The position numbers and the translations under genes were made by a program. The notes below the pieces were generated by a model, which worked only from the letters and a program-made list of their open reading frames with translations, made no database searches and was not told the DNA's origin. A stretch of 64,000 bases of DNA from Sulfurimonas sp. (GTDB taxonomy: Bacteria > Campylobacterota > Campylobacteria > Campylobacterales > Sulfurimonadaceae): NCBI RefSeq assembly GCF_026196735.1, contig NZ_JAPHUF010000021.1, positions 6,744 through 70,743 of the forward strand, given 5' to 3'. This document shows positions 17,935 through 29,311 of this stretch, piece after piece; position 1 is the first letter of the stretch; each line of letters starts with the position of its first letter.

Positions 17935-19053
17935 ATGATAAATTTTCTTGTTAATTGCACAAAATCATTTACATTGAAATTAATGCTACTTATGTCAACT
18001 ATTACTTTGGTTGTTGCTTTAATGATTACCCACAACTTTCACATTGGCTACGACATGACATCAAAGTATACTCCGCTCATTGAAGCAGCCGCAGAAATCA
18101 AACTAGAAACTACAACAGCTCATCTTCGGCTTGAGGAGATATTAAACGCAGAGAAGCAAAAAGACATCGACAAGGTCATAAAAAATATCGATAATGCAAT
18201 CTGGTACACAAATGCCATTATCCATGGTGGAGACAATCATGAGAGAACATTTTTAGCCATAGACAATAAAGTACTGGAAATAAAACCAAAATCTATTTTA
18301 GATAAACTTAAAAAATTTCAAAAATTCACGAAGCTAAGATATGAAAACCTTAACGATTTTCATGCCGACAGTGAAATACTCAAAGAGTATGATACTGTGT
18401 TTAAAGAGCTTATCGCAGAAGTATACACTATAGAAAATGAACTGCAAAAAACTATACTTTCCGAGCTCAAAGCATATAAAATAACATACTTTCTCACTCT
18501 GCTTGCTCTTCTTGTTTTTCTATTTATAATCTCATTACTGTTGACCCGTTATGAAAAAAGACTTCAAGAGATGTCTGTAACTGACCCATTAACAAAGCTT
18601 TACAATCGTTTATACATGGAAAATATTTTTGAGGCTGAATTACAAAGAGCAAAAAGATACCAACAAACTTTTTCAATAATATTCATGGATATTGATCACT
18701 TCAAACTGGTTAACGACGATTTTGGCCATGATGTGGGCGATATTGTTCTAGTTGAAGTTGCCAATATTATCAAATCAAACATTAGAAGTACAGATATTAT
18801 GGCTAGATGGGGAGGAGAAGAGTTCATCATACTATGTCCTGAGACAGACTTGCAATCAGCAAAAATCTTATCAGAAAAATTACGAAAAACCGTAGAGTCA
18901 CATGCTATAAAACCTGTTGGTCATAAGACATGCAGCTTCGGTGTTTCACAGTATTCTACTCAAGATGACTCTATTAAACGCACCATAAAACGGGCTGATG
19001 ACGCACTTTACGAGGCCAAAGAGAGTGGACGAAACAAAGTTGTTGCCAAATAG
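17935..19053 (+). CDS. Diguanylate cyclase with periplasmic sensor domain
   Basis: Two TM segments; TDPLTKLYNR, RSTD I-site and RWGGEEF; start uncertain (17917-17982). Confidence 0.88.
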   Translation: MINFLVNCTKSFTLKLMLLMSTITLVVALMITHNFHIGYDMTSKYTPLIEAAAEIKLETTTAHLRLEEILNAEKQKDIDKVIKNIDNAIWYTNAIIHGGDNHERTFLAIDNKVLEIKPKSILDKLKKFQKFTKLRYENLNDFHADSEILKEYDTVFKELIAEVYTIENELQKTILSELKAYKITYFLTLLALLVFLFIISLLLTRYEKRLQEMSVTDPLTKLYNRLYMENIFEAELQRAKRYQQTFSIIFMDIDHFKLVNDDFGHDVGDIVLVEVANIIKSNIRSTDIMARWGGEEFIILCPETDLQSAKILSEKLRKTVESHAIKPVGHKTCSFGVSQYSTQDDSIKRTIKRADDALYEAKESGRNKVVAK

Positions 19054-19156
19054 TTTTTGACAATAATAAAAGATAGCTCTTTGTAACTTACAGGGCTATA
19101 CAGATTTTAAGAGATTCTATATTATAATCGCGTCATTATTTATATATGGAGTCAAA

Positions 19157-20776
19157 ATGACCAAATACATTTTTGTTACCGGTGGGGTTTTAAGTTCTCT
19201 TGGAAAAGGGATTACAGCTGCTAGTGTTGGTACTCTTCTTAAGCACTCTGGTAAAAAAGTGGGCATGCTGAAAATAGATCCATATATCAATGTCGACCCA
19301 GGAACTATGAGTCCACTGGAACATGGTGAAGTCTTTGTTACAAAAGATGGCGCAGAGACTGACCTTGACATCGGAAACTATGAGAGATTTTTAGACTCTT
19401 CTTACTTAAAGTCAAGTAACTTTACTACCGGCCAGGTTTACTCAAGCGTTATCGAGCGTGAACGAAGCGGCGGCTATCTTGGACAGACTATTCAGGTTGT
19501 TCCACATATCGTTGGCGAGATTGTAAACCGCATAAAACTCGCGGGTAAAGGTCATGAGATACTTGTTGTTGAGCTTGGCGGAACTGTCGGAGACATAGAA
19601 GGTCTTCCTTTCATGGAAGCAATTCGTCAAATGAAACATGATGAAGAAGTTGCCGGAACATTTTTTATACATGTAACTCTTATCCCGTTCATAAAAGCCG
19701 CAGGTGAGCTTAAATCTAAGCCGACTCAGCACTCTGTCCAAGAACTTCGCCGTATCGGTATCACTCCTCAGATGATAATTGCAAGAAGCGAGAATGCACT
19801 TCCAAAAACATTCAAAAAGAAACTTGCGATGAGCTGTGATGTTTCACAAGACTCGGTAATAGAAGCACTTGATGCAGCGACTATTTATGATATCCCTGTT
19901 ACATTTTTAAGACAAAACATTTTAACTCCTATATCAAAAGCCCTAGAGCTTGGTGAACTTAATCCAGATATGGAAGAGTGGGATTCTCTGGTTAAAAAAA
20001 TTGTTCAACCCAAGAACAAGATAGTTGTCGGCTTTGTTGGAAAATATCTTGAACTTAAAGAGGCTTACAAATCTTTAACTGAATCACTTATTCATTGTGG
20101 TGCTCACTTGGATACTCGGGTTGAAATCAATTGGGTAGACTCTGAAGAGATAGAAGAAAGAGGTGCCGAGGCGCTTCTTGGTGACTGTGATTCTGTTTTA
20201 GTTGCCGGAGGTTTTGGTTCTCGCGGTGTTGAGGGAAAAATACAAGCTATTGAGTATGCCCGTGTAAATAAAGTTCCATATCTAGGTATCTGCCTTGGTA
20301 TGCAGCTTACGCTTGTTGAATATGCAAGAAATGTACTTGGCTTAGAGGGTGCTAACTCTATTGAGTTTGACGAAAATACTCCTCATCCAATGGTCTATCT
20401 AATCGACAACTTCCTTGACCAAAGCGGAGGGGTGCAATTAAGAACTCATACTTCTCCTATGGGTGGAACTTTAAGACTTGGAGAATATCCGTGTGATACA
20501 AAAGAGGGTTCAATAATCAGAAAAGCATACAACGGCGAGAAAACTATATATGAGAGACACCGCCACCGCTATGAAGCCAACCCTGCTTACCGTGAACAGT
20601 TAGAAAAAGCTGGAATGATAGTAACAGGCGAATCTAATGGACTTATAGAAACTGTTGAGATAAAAGATCATCCTTGGTTTTTAGGTGTTCAGTTTCACCC
20701 TGAGTTTACATCAAGACTTCAAACTCCAAACCCATCTATACTAGCTTTCGTAAAAGCATCATTGTGTGCTGAATAA
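19157..20776 (+). CDS. pyrG: CTP synthase
   Basis: [31 protein letters not shown] and QFHPEF motifs. Confidence 0.98.
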   Translation: MTKYIFVTGGVLSSLGKGITAASVGTLLKHSGKKVGMLKIDPYINVDPGTMSPLEHGEVFVTKDGAETDLDIGNYERFLDSSYLKSSNFTTGQVYSSVIERERSGGYLGQTIQVVPHIVGEIVNRIKLAGKGHEILVVELGGTVGDIEGLPFMEAIRQMKHDEEVAGTFFIHVTLIPFIKAAGELKSKPTQHSVQELRRIGITPQMIIARSENALPKTFKKKLAMSCDVSQDSVIEALDAATIYDIPVTFLRQNILTPISKALELGELNPDMEEWDSLVKKIVQPKNKIVVGFVGKYLELKEAYKSLTESLIHCGAHLDTRVEINWVDSEEIEERGAEALLGDCDSVLVAGGFGSRGVEGKIQAIEYARVNKVPYLGICLGMQLTLVEYARNVLGLEGANSIEFDENTPHPMVYLIDNFLDQSGGVQLRTHTSPMGGTLRLGEYPCDTKEGSIIRKAYNGEKTIYERHRHRYEANPAYREQLEKAGMIVTGESNGLIETVEIKDHPWFLGVQFHPEFTSRLQTPNPSILAFVKASLCAE

Positions 20777-22379
20777 TATAAACATTTTAAACAAGGCAGC
20801 TCTCTTTGAGCTGCTCTCTCTTAGATTTGACGGCGAAAACGGTGTGCCCTTTGGGTACAAAAAGCTCTCTCAGATCCCTAACCCTGCCCTGCTTCAAGAT
20901 GCTGACAAAGCTGCCAAAAAAATAGCCGATGCTATAAAACAAAACAAAAAGATAACCCTTGTCGGTGATTATGATGTAGATGGCGTTAGTTCAACTGCAA
21001 TAATGGTTGATTTTTTTAGACAAATTCCCTATCCGCTTGAAGCTATCATCCCAAATCGTTTCAATGACGGCTACGGTGTAAGCCCTACAGTTTTACAAAG
21101 AGTTGATGCTGATTTAGTCATTACTGTTGACAATGGCATATCTGCTGTTGAGGCTGCTGAGATATGCAAGCAAAAAGGGATAGAGTTAATCATAACAGAC
21201 CATCATACTCCATCAGAAGTTTTGCCTGAAGCTTATGCGATAGTTGATCCAAAGCTTTCTACATGTAGTTATCCTTTTAAAGAGATTTGTGGGGCGCAGG
21301 TCGCTTGGTTGCTTCTGGGACTTGTAAAAAAAGAACTGAAACTCTCTATTGATATGAAACAGTTTTTAGACATACTGGCTATAGCTATAATTGCAGATAT
21401 TATGCCTCTCATAGATATTAACAGAACTCTTGTAATAGAAGGTTTGAAAGTTTTGATGAGTTCAAGCAGACCTGCTTGTGTAGTCATAAGAGACTTTTTA
21501 AATAAATCTATTATCACCTCAGAAGATATAGGTTTTCAGATTGCACCTCGCATAAATGCAGCAGGAAGACTTGAAGATGCCGGCATCGCTTTAGAGTTTT
21601 TTACAGCTGCAGATATGCACCAAGCATATAAACAGTTTGAAAAACTAAACTCTCTTAATGAGCTTAGACGTGAAACCGAAGCTGATACAACTGCACAAGC
21701 GCTCTCTTGTGGAAATGAAAATGACACCGTAATTGTTGTAGCTAATGAAGATTGGCATGAAGGTGTAGTCGGTATTGTAGCGGCAAGATTGGTAGATCAT
21801 TTTTGTAAACCGGCAATTGTACTTAGCTGTGAAAACGGTGTAGCCAAAGGCAGTGCTAGAAGTATTGGAAATGTAAGTATTTATAAACTTATAAAAGAAA
21901 ATGAAAAATATCTGACAAAATTTGGCGGTCATAAAATGGCAGCCGGACTTGGTCTCTTAGAAGAAGATATTGATGCTTTTAGAGCCGCTATAAACAAATC
22001 TGCATCTGCACTGCATCCGGATGATTTTATGCCATCAGAAGAAATAATCGGCGTAATGCCAAGTGATGAAATAGATTTGGAACTTTTAAATATACTGGAT
22101 AGCTTTGAGCCTTACGGTGAAGCAAACTCTCGACCTCTTTTTTTAATACAAGATGCTAATATAATTGAAATAAAACTATTTGGAAAAGATAAATCTCATA
22201 CCAAAATTATTGTTAGACAATTTACTCACGAAAGAAAAACTATAGAATTGATTTTGTTTAAAAAAGTTCTACAAATGCCTAAAAACAAAAAACTAACATG
22301 TAGTTATAGGGTCACTAAAAATGAATTCAACAATAGAGTATCAGCTCAACTTATTATAAATAAAATATACAATTATTAA
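20766..22379 (+). CDS. recJ: Single-stranded-DNA exonuclease RecJ
   Basis: [27 protein letters not shown] and GGHKMAAG motifs. Confidence 0.95.
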   Translation: MLNNINILNKAALFELLSLRFDGENGVPFGYKKLSQIPNPALLQDADKAAKKIADAIKQNKKITLVGDYDVDGVSSTAIMVDFFRQIPYPLEAIIPNRFNDGYGVSPTVLQRVDADLVITVDNGISAVEAAEICKQKGIELIITDHHTPSEVLPEAYAIVDPKLSTCSYPFKEICGAQVAWLLLGLVKKELKLSIDMKQFLDILAIAIIADIMPLIDINRTLVIEGLKVLMSSSRPACVVIRDFLNKSIITSEDIGFQIAPRINAAGRLEDAGIALEFFTAADMHQAYKQFEKLNSLNELRRETEADTTAQALSCGNENDTVIVVANEDWHEGVVGIVAARLVDHFCKPAIVLSCENGVAKGSARSIGNVSIYKLIKENEKYLTKFGGHKMAAGLGLLEEDIDAFRAAINKSASALHPDDFMPSEEIIGVMPSDEIDLELLNILDSFEPYGEANSRPLFLIQDANIIEIKLFGKDKSHTKIIVRQFTHERKTIELILFKKVLQMPKNKKLTCSYRVTKNEFNNRVSAQLIINKIYNY

Positions 22380-22525
22380 ATAAAGACTTTTCTACTAAAA
22401 TCAAGCTTCAACTAACCAACAATATAGATAAAATAGCATATAACACCCAAAAACAGTAATGTTTAAAACTTTCTTAAGCCACAAAGATGTAAAATTGATA
22501 ACTTTATCACAAAAAAAGGGAAATC

Positions 22526-24028
22526 ATGAAAAAAAATGAGATTTTAGAAGAGATTTTAAATGAAGTTGATAAGCATCCGGAGATTATGTCTCGTCGTGAC
22601 GCTTTAAAGTATTTAACAATATCTCCATTAGCAGCATCTGTTTTAGCAAGTGCTACGGTAGGCGCATCTTCTGCAAGTGCAGCATCTGCAGATGTTAGCG
22701 GTAAAATTGTTATTGTAGGTGGTGGTTTAGCTGGTATGAGTACAGCAGCTCGTCTTAACAACTCTATCAGCAATGCTGACATTACTGTAATTGAGCCGGA
22801 TCCAATATCTGTTTCTTACCAGCCTGGTCAAACTTTAATCGGTGCCGGTGTTTGGGAACTGTCAGATATTATATACAAAAGAGATGAGTTCGTACCAAAA
22901 GGTGTTAAACTAATCAAAGGTACAGTTACTAATATTGATGCTAAAAACAACAAGGTTACTGTTGATGGAAGTCAAGAAGTTTCTTATGACCAACTAGTTG
23001 TTGCAACTGGTATCAACCTTAACTACGGAGCTATCAAAGGTCTTGAGGGTGAAATCACTTCAGCTGGTACAGACAATGCAGCTACTAAGAAAACTATCAC
23101 TCAAGATGGTCTTCACTCAATTTACTTCCAAGATGGTGCTGTTGCAACATGGAAAGGTATCCAAGAGTTAATTGAAAAAGCAAAATCTCATAAAGGTCCG
23201 GGAAAACTTCAAGCAATATTTACTCACCCAAGAGGACCATTAAAATGTGGTGGTGCTCCTAAGAAAATCATGTATTTAACTCATGCTCGTTTAGAAGAAG
23301 CCGGTGTTCGTGACAAAGTTGAACTGACTTTCTATCCAAATGGCGGCGGTATGTTTGGTATCAAAGATTACCACACGGCAATTCTTAAACAGTTTGAAGC
23401 AAGAGATTTCAAATGGAACTATCAACATAATCTGGTTGCAGTAGATACAGCTACTAAAACTGCTACTTTCGACAAATGGAAAATGGTAGAAAAAGAGTTC
23501 TTAGATGAGATGGATGAGCCTTATATGAAAAAAGTGGAGGTTTCTGAGCCTGTAGAAGTTAAGTATGATTTCATGCATGTAACACCTCCAATGAAAGCTC
23601 CGGATGTTGTCGGTAAATCAGAAATCGGTTCTCAAGGTCCAGGCTGGGTAACAGTTAACAAAGAGACTCTACAATCATCTTTCTTCCCTAATGTATGGTC
23701 TCTAGGTGATGTTGCCGGTGTTCCAATGGGTAAAACCGGTGGTTCTGCTCGTAAACAATACAAAGTTGTTGTTGATAACATGATTTCAGTAATGAGCGGT
23801 AAAGAGCCTACTGCTAAATATGATGGATATACAGTTTGTCCACTTATTACAAGTATCGGTACTGTTATGCTAGCTGAGTTTAACTGGGCTTCTAAAGAGC
23901 CAGGTTCTGGTGAAAATGCTGCGTCATTCCCACTTGACCCGACTCAAGAGAGATGGATTTGGTGGTTATTAAAAGTTTACGCTCTTAAACCAATGACAAT
24001 CCACGGTATGCTTTCAGGTAAAGCATAA
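22526..24028 (+). CDS. sqr: Sulfide:quinone oxidoreductase-like flavoprotein (type II-like), Tat-exported
   Basis: SRRDALK Tat leader; VGGGLAG FAD motif; KCGGAPKK and YTVCPLITS catalytic Cys motifs; GKTGG. Confidence 0.75.
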   Translation: MKKNEILEEILNEVDKHPEIMSRRDALKYLTISPLAASVLASATVGASSASAASADVSGKIVIVGGGLAGMSTAARLNNSISNADITVIEPDPISVSYQPGQTLIGAGVWELSDIIYKRDEFVPKGVKLIKGTVTNIDAKNNKVTVDGSQEVSYDQLVVATGINLNYGAIKGLEGEITSAGTDNAATKKTITQDGLHSIYFQDGAVATWKGIQELIEKAKSHKGPGKLQAIFTHPRGPLKCGGAPKKIMYLTHARLEEAGVRDKVELTFYPNGGGMFGIKDYHTAILKQFEARDFKWNYQHNLVAVDTATKTATFDKWKMVEKEFLDEMDEPYMKKVEVSEPVEVKYDFMHVTPPMKAPDVVGKSEIGSQGPGWVTVNKETLQSSFFPNVWSLGDVAGVPMGKTGGSARKQYKVVVDNMISVMSGKEPTAKYDGYTVCPLITSIGTVMLAEFNWASKEPGSGENAASFPLDPTQERWIWWLLKVYALKPMTIHGMLSGKA

Positions 24029-24036
24029 TATATCTC

Positions 24037-24085
24037 GTAGAATCTGAATTTATTTAGATTCTACTTAGTCACGCTTTTTGACTAA
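24037..24085 (+). terminator. Tandem hairpins after sqr
   Basis: GTAGAATCT...AGATTCTAC followed by TTAGTCA...TGACTAA. Confidence 0.5.
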
Positions 24086-24124
24086 ATTTACATTCCCCTT
24101 TATAAACTACAAATAGGAAACAAA

Positions 24125-25099
24125 ATGAAAAAAATCACTCTTTTAATCACAATGGCAATGCTATTTTCTTTATCGCTAAACGCATGGACTTTAGGCAAAC
24201 TTGGAGATTTTAAATTTGAAAAAGTAAATGCTAATGTTTGGGTAATGCACGGTCCTGTAATGATGCCCAATAAAGAAAATGGTGGATTTATGAATAATCC
24301 TGCACTTATTGAAAGCGAAAACGGCCTTATAATAGTAGATCCGGGCGGTAACTATAATGTAGGCAAGGAAATACTTAAAGAAGTAGAAAAAGTAAGTAAA
24401 AAACCGGTTATTGCTATATTTAATACACACAAGCACGGCGACCACTGGTTTGCAAACAAAAACTTTCAAGAAAAATATCCTGATGTTAAGATTTATGCAT
24501 TAGCATATATGATAGAAAAAGTTAAAGAAAGCTCAGCAGACCTATGGTACGGAATCCTTGACAGACTGACAGGTAACTTAGCTGGAACGAACAATCCTTT
24601 TGCTTTTCCAAATACCGGTGTTGACCATAAAGAGACTGTTGTAGTTGACGGTCAAACTTTTATTATGCGTCATCCGGCACGCGGTCATACAGATACGGAC
24701 CTTTTAATAGAGCATGTTAACTCTAAAACACTTTTCTTAGGTGATAACCTCATGAAAGGTCGCTTTGGTGCTTTTGATGAATCGTCAAGCATTTACGCCA
24801 ACATAGAGATACTTGAAAATGTTATAAATAAAAAAGACGGTTACGGTGATTATAAACTATATGTTCCTGGTCATGGTCCTTCAGGTGCTCTACATGAAAC
24901 TCTAGACCCATTCTTAAAGTACATGAAGATAGTTGTACAAGGAGCTGAAAAAGCTTATGAAGAAGGGATGGAGAGTTATGAGATTAAACCCGAAGTTATG
25001 GAGAATTTAAAAGATTTTCACAGCTGGGATGATATCGAAGGTCAGATGGGTAAACACCTGATGAAAGCTTACTCTGAAGTTGAAGCCAGAGATATGTAA
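24125..25099 (+). CDS. Periplasmic MBL-fold metallo-hydrolase (SoxH-like)
   Basis: Sec signal; NTHKHGDHW, GHTDTD, GDN and VPGHG motifs. Confidence 0.8.
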   Translation: MKKITLLITMAMLFSLSLNAWTLGKLGDFKFEKVNANVWVMHGPVMMPNKENGGFMNNPALIESENGLIIVDPGGNYNVGKEILKEVEKVSKKPVIAIFNTHKHGDHWFANKNFQEKYPDVKIYALAYMIEKVKESSADLWYGILDRLTGNLAGTNNPFAFPNTGVDHKETVVVDGQTFIMRHPARGHTDTDLLIEHVNSKTLFLGDNLMKGRFGAFDESSSIYANIEILENVINKKDGYGDYKLYVPGHGPSGALHETLDPFLKYMKIVVQGAEKAYEEGMESYEIKPEVMENLKDFHSWDDIEGQMGKHLMKAYSEVEARDM

Positions 25100-25106
25100 C
25101 ACCATT

Positions 25107-25129
25107 TTGAGTCACGATTCGTGGCTCAA
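25107..25129 (+). terminator. Hairpin terminator after the MBL gene
   Basis: TTGAGTCACG-ATT-CGTGGCTCAA 10-bp stem (one G-U pair). Confidence 0.55.
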
Positions 25130-25190
25130 CCCTCTATTTTCAACACTACAATTTCAGCCAAAATACTAGATTTATTATCTATAATATCCC

Positions 25191-27308
25191 ATGTCTTATA
25201 TACAAAAACATCTTACAGCAAAATCCGATATTGAGCAGTTAAAGGTTATTGATAGCTCTCTTGTTGCATATAGCACAAAAGAACATGGGATTGAGATATT
25301 TAATTGTGACAACAACAGACTTATAAGCAATATTACCCATAAATATTTAAACATAGATGCAAAAGTATCGGCATTTAGTCCAGATGGCAAGATGTTTGCA
25401 TTTGTAAATAATCAAACTATTTATGTATTGGATATACAAACCAGAAATACTATTCAGATGACAGAGACAGATAATGAAGAGATAAGCATTATTGGTTTTG
25501 ACGCATCGTCAAAGTATATTATTGCAGGAACCAAAGATGCAAGAGTGCTTCAATACAGATATGATTCTTCAACTCTCTTAGCGAGACTGTGCTCATTTTC
25601 GTATACAGAGTCTCATGAGAATCAAGTAAATTCCTTTGCCTTTTATGCTCACTATGCTGCGTGTGGCGATAATAATGGGAACATTTGCATAATAGACCTG
25701 CACTTGCAAACAAACATATGTAGCATTGAGCATAGCAAAAGCTCTATATGTGCTTTGTGTTTTTTAGATGAAAACACTATAGTGAGCGCCAATAAAGCTG
25801 GAGAAGTTTACATAACACCTTTGCATGATGTGAAAAATCACAAAAGAGTAAGCACTCCTCTTTCATCAATAAAACAGATTATTATTATGCAAAATCCAGA
25901 CTATGTAATGCTTGTAGGAGATAGCAATATTATCTCTATAGTAGATATAAAAAAATATAAAATTGTACATAGCAAGTACATTGAACTTAAAACGAAGATA
26001 AGCAAAGTAGCTCTCATAGACGACTTTTACTTGATAATTGCCTTGCAAAACAATGAAATTATAAATATAGAACTTCCCAACAATGCAAAACTAAAATCAC
26101 TCATTATCAGCAACTCTATTGAAGAAGCATATCAGCTTGTTGCTCAAGAGCCTATGCTAAACGGTTCAAGTGCTTATATTATGCTTGAAGAGAGGTTTGA
26201 AAATGATTATTTGAGAGCTACAAAGGCACTAATAAATAATAATGAAGCGCAGGCAAGCCTTGTTTTGGAAATCTATAAAAATATAAACTCTAAAAAATCA
26301 CAAATAAAAGATTTATTTGATGCATTTAAAAGCTACCCTAGATTTCAAGAAATAATTTTTGACAAAAAGTATGCTCTTGCATATGCCATGGCATCAAAAT
26401 TTCCAGCTCTAAAGCAGACAAAAGAGTATGAAAAAATAGAATCTCTTTTCAAAACTGCTTTTACAAATGCACAAAAAGCAATTTTAAAAGGTGATATGGA
26501 CAAAGCTAAAGAGTTTCTACATGAATATATGACAGTTATCTCCAAAAAACCAATCATAAAGCTTGTTCTAACGCAAAATAGAGAGTTTATTGATTTTTTA
26601 AAAGCAATACAGAGTAAAGACTTTAAAAAAATATATGAACTCATAGATACTAATGAACTTTTTGCACAATTGCCAAATTATACTTCACTAATGAATGAGA
26701 TAGATACTAAACTAAAAGATATAGAACAAGAGATAAATATGTCTCACACAACAACTACAAGAGAAGAGCTAGCAACATTTAGGGGAGTTCCACATATAAA
26801 AGACAAAATTGAGTATCTATATGGCCAATATAGGCTTATGCAAGAGCTTCGCAATGCTTATAACAAAGATGATTTCAAATCCTGCTACACACTTTTGGAT
26901 TTACACAACTCACTAAAGCTCAGTGAACTAGGAATTCTTTTAGAAAAACACTGGACAAAACTGATGTTAAAATGTGAAGAATACGCGTTAAACGGCAATA
27001 TAAAAAATATTAAAAAAACCCTTGGTGAGCTTATTGACCTGCCTACAAGATATAACAGAACCGGCAATCTAATCAGAACAAGCTTCCATGTCAGAATAAA
27101 GCAACTACTAAAAAAGAAGAACTTTACCGGTGCTGAAGCGATCATATACTCTTATATTGATGTTTTTGGTCTTGACAGCGAGGTGGTAAAATCTATGAAG
27201 AAGTTTGAAAAAAGTTCAACTCGCAAGCTTGCAATAACACAAACTCAGCAAGATAGACCTCCAAGAGACAGCTGGATTGATTCTGATATTATTAAGAGTC
27301 ACTCATAA
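25191..27308 (+). CDS. Hypothetical protein with N-terminal WD40-like beta-propeller and helical C-terminus
   Basis: FSPDGKMFAF, AGTKDARV, CGDNNGNICIID and SANKAGEVYI blade-like repeats in the first ~300 aa. Confidence 0.7.
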   Translation: MSYIQKHLTAKSDIEQLKVIDSSLVAYSTKEHGIEIFNCDNNRLISNITHKYLNIDAKVSAFSPDGKMFAFVNNQTIYVLDIQTRNTIQMTETDNEEISIIGFDASSKYIIAGTKDARVLQYRYDSSTLLARLCSFSYTESHENQVNSFAFYAHYAACGDNNGNICIIDLHLQTNICSIEHSKSSICALCFLDENTIVSANKAGEVYITPLHDVKNHKRVSTPLSSIKQIIIMQNPDYVMLVGDSNIISIVDIKKYKIVHSKYIELKTKISKVALIDDFYLIIALQNNEIINIELPNNAKLKSLIISNSIEEAYQLVAQEPMLNGSSAYIMLEERFENDYLRATKALINNNEAQASLVLEIYKNINSKKSQIKDLFDAFKSYPRFQEIIFDKKYALAYAMASKFPALKQTKEYEKIESLFKTAFTNAQKAILKGDMDKAKEFLHEYMTVISKKPIIKLVLTQNREFIDFLKAIQSKDFKKIYELIDTNELFAQLPNYTSLMNEIDTKLKDIEQEINMSHTTTTREELATFRGVPHIKDKIEYLYGQYRLMQELRNAYNKDDFKSCYTLLDLHNSLKLSELGILLEKHWTKLMLKCEEYALNGNIKNIKKTLGELIDLPTRYNRTGNLIRTSFHVRIKQLLKKKNFTGAEAIIYSYIDVFGLDSEVVKSMKKFEKSSTRKLAITQTQQDRPPRDSWIDSDIIKSHS

Positions 27309-28602
27309 GACTTATAAGAGTCTCTGAAGTCTCTTCAAATGGGCTTATAAATGTAGAGCCTTGAATCAAAAACCTCTCCATCTTTTCTTTTTTATCCATA
27401 GCTTCGTCCAACTGAGAATCACTGCCTTTTGAGTAAGCACCGATGCGTATAAGAACTTCATTCTCTTTTAGAAGTGTATAGAGCCTTCTAAATTTCATTA
27501 CAGCTTTAAACTGATCGATTGAGATTATATCGTTCATAACCCTAGAGGCAGAATTTAATATGTGAACGGGAGGATATATGCCAAAGTCAGTCAGCTCGCG
27601 TGAAAGTACAATATGCCCATCTAAAATGGAACGGGATTGATCAGCGATAGGGTCACTCATGTCGTCACCCTCGATAAGAACCGTAAAAAAGGCTGTAATA
27701 GAACCTTTGCCTTTTTCTTTTCCGGCACGCTCCATAAGTTGCGGCAGAAGTGTCAGAGATGATGGCGGATAACCTTTTGAAGTCGGCGGCTCACCAAGAG
27801 CCAGACCTATCTCTCTTTGAGCCATAGCAAACCTTGTAACCGAGTCCATGATAAAAAGCACATCTAAGCCTTGGTCTTTAAAAAACTCAGCAACACTCAT
27901 GGCCGCGAATGCGCCATACTTTCTCATCAAAGGAGAATCATCCGAAGTCGCTACGATTATTACAGTATTAGTCAAATCTCCTCCAAGATTTTTCTCTATG
28001 AATTCCGGAACCTCGCGACCACGCTCACCAATAAGTGCTACAACTTTAATGGGTGCATCAGAGCCTCTTACAATCATGCCCATAAGAGTAGACTTCCCTA
28101 CTCCGCTTCCTGCGAAAATGCCTAACTTTTGACCTTTTCCACATGTCAAAAGTCCATCAATACTTTTAACGCCCACGCTAAAGACTTCATCTATCATTCC
28201 GCGCTTCATTGCGGCAATAGGAGCTTTTATGATTGGTAAAATTGTTGTGTTGTTTATGTTGCCTTTGCCATCTATAGGTCTCATAAATGGGTCAACAACC
28301 CGTCCGAGCAGCGATTCGCCTACTGGTATGTTTAGACCCGTCTGATCCAAAAAAACTTTATCGCCAGAACAAAAACCCTCAACAAAACTAAAAGGGGTTA
28401 TAAAAAATGTAGGTCCGTCTATCTCTGTAACCATCCCCATTGTCTCTTGGTTAGTTGCATTTGAAACAATTTTCACCATATCGCTTATACTGACTTTTAA
28501 ACCATTTGCAGTGATGACCGTAGCATTTATCTTAACAACTTCACCAAATGCCAGTGAGTGGTTTTTAGCTGAGATTCTTTCTTTTAATGATGCAAAAGGC
28601 AT
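27292..28602 (-). CDS. fliI: Flagellar export ATPase FliI
   Basis: GQKLGIFAGSGVGKST Walker A, ALIGERGREV and DSVTRFAMAQRE motifs. Confidence 0.95.
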   Translation of the reverse strand: MPFASLKERISAKNHSLAFGEVVKINATVITANGLKVSISDMVKIVSNATNQETMGMVTEIDGPTFFITPFSFVEGFCSGDKVFLDQTGLNIPVGESLLGRVVDPFMRPIDGKGNINNTTILPIIKAPIAAMKRGMIDEVFSVGVKSIDGLLTCGKGQKLGIFAGSGVGKSTLMGMIVRGSDAPIKVVALIGERGREVPEFIEKNLGGDLTNTVIIVATSDDSPLMRKYGAFAAMSVAEFFKDQGLDVLFIMDSVTRFAMAQREIGLALGEPPTSKGYPPSSLTLLPQLMERAGKEKGKGSITAFFTVLIEGDDMSDPIADQSRSILDGHIVLSRELTDFGIYPPVHILNSASRVMNDIISIDQFKAVMKFRRLYTLLKENEVLIRIGAYSKGSDSQLDEAMDKKEKMERFLIQGSTFISPFEETSETLISLMSDS

Positions 28603-28608
28603 GATGGT

Positions 28609-29193
28609 TTAGTAGCGTGTGCCGGTAGGGGAGTTGATAAGAGAGAAAAACTCACTTCTTGTTTTCTCATCTTTTTTAAACAGACCACGAAGAGCTGATG
28701 ATGTTGTAGTAGAGTTTATCTTCTCTACACCTCTCATCTCCATGCACATGTGGCGAGCCTGAATTACAACTGCTACACCCTTTGGTTCGATAGTATCCAT
28801 GATGGCATCAGCTATCTGTTCGGTTAACTGTTCTTGAATCTGCATACGGCGCGCAAAAACATTTACAACACGAGGAATTTTAGAAAGACCTACAACTTTC
28901 CCATCCGGAATATAAGCTACATGTACTCTTCCGATAATGGGTAAAAGATGATGTTCACATGTAGAGTAGAATTCTATGTCTTTTAAAAGCACCATCTCAT
29001 CATTTGAGCTAGTAAATAGTGCAGATTTAAGAATCTCTCTTGGGTCTTCTTTGTATCCGCCAAAAATAAATTCATGAGCTTTTCTAACTCTTTGTGGAGT
29101 TTTTAAAAGTCCTTCTCTGCTTGGGTCTTCCCCGACATGAAGCATCATGTTTTTTACAGCATTTTCAAATTCTAAATCTTTATTTTGTGACAA
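28609..29193 (-). CDS. folE: GTP cyclohydrolase I
   Basis: [27 protein letters not shown] and HMCMEMRG motifs. Confidence 0.97.
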   Translation of the reverse strand: MSQNKDLEFENAVKNMMLHVGEDPSREGLLKTPQRVRKAHEFIFGGYKEDPREILKSALFTSSNDEMVLLKDIEFYSTCEHHLLPIIGRVHVAYIPDGKVVGLSKIPRVVNVFARRMQIQEQLTEQIADAIMDTIEPKGVAVVIQARHMCMEMRGVEKINSTTTSSALRGLFKKDEKTRSEFFSLINSPTGTRY

Positions 29194-29264
29194 TTTTTTG
29201 CCTTTTAGAGTTTTTATAGTGATAGAGTATCAATAAATAGCTGAGAGGTTTATATATGGAAGAA

Positions 29265-29294
29265 ATTAACATGTAGAAAATTCTACATGTTAAT
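29265..29294 (-). terminator. Perfect hairpin after rnj
   Basis: ATTAACATGTAGAA-AA-TTCTACATGTTAAT 14-bp stem. Confidence 0.65.
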
Positions 29295-29311
29295 GCATTT
29301 TGACATTTTAC

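Noticed and set aside
27292-28602. Orphan fliI away from other flagellar genes
   Set aside because: The folE-fliI adjacency and scattered flagellar genes are normal in Campylobacterota.
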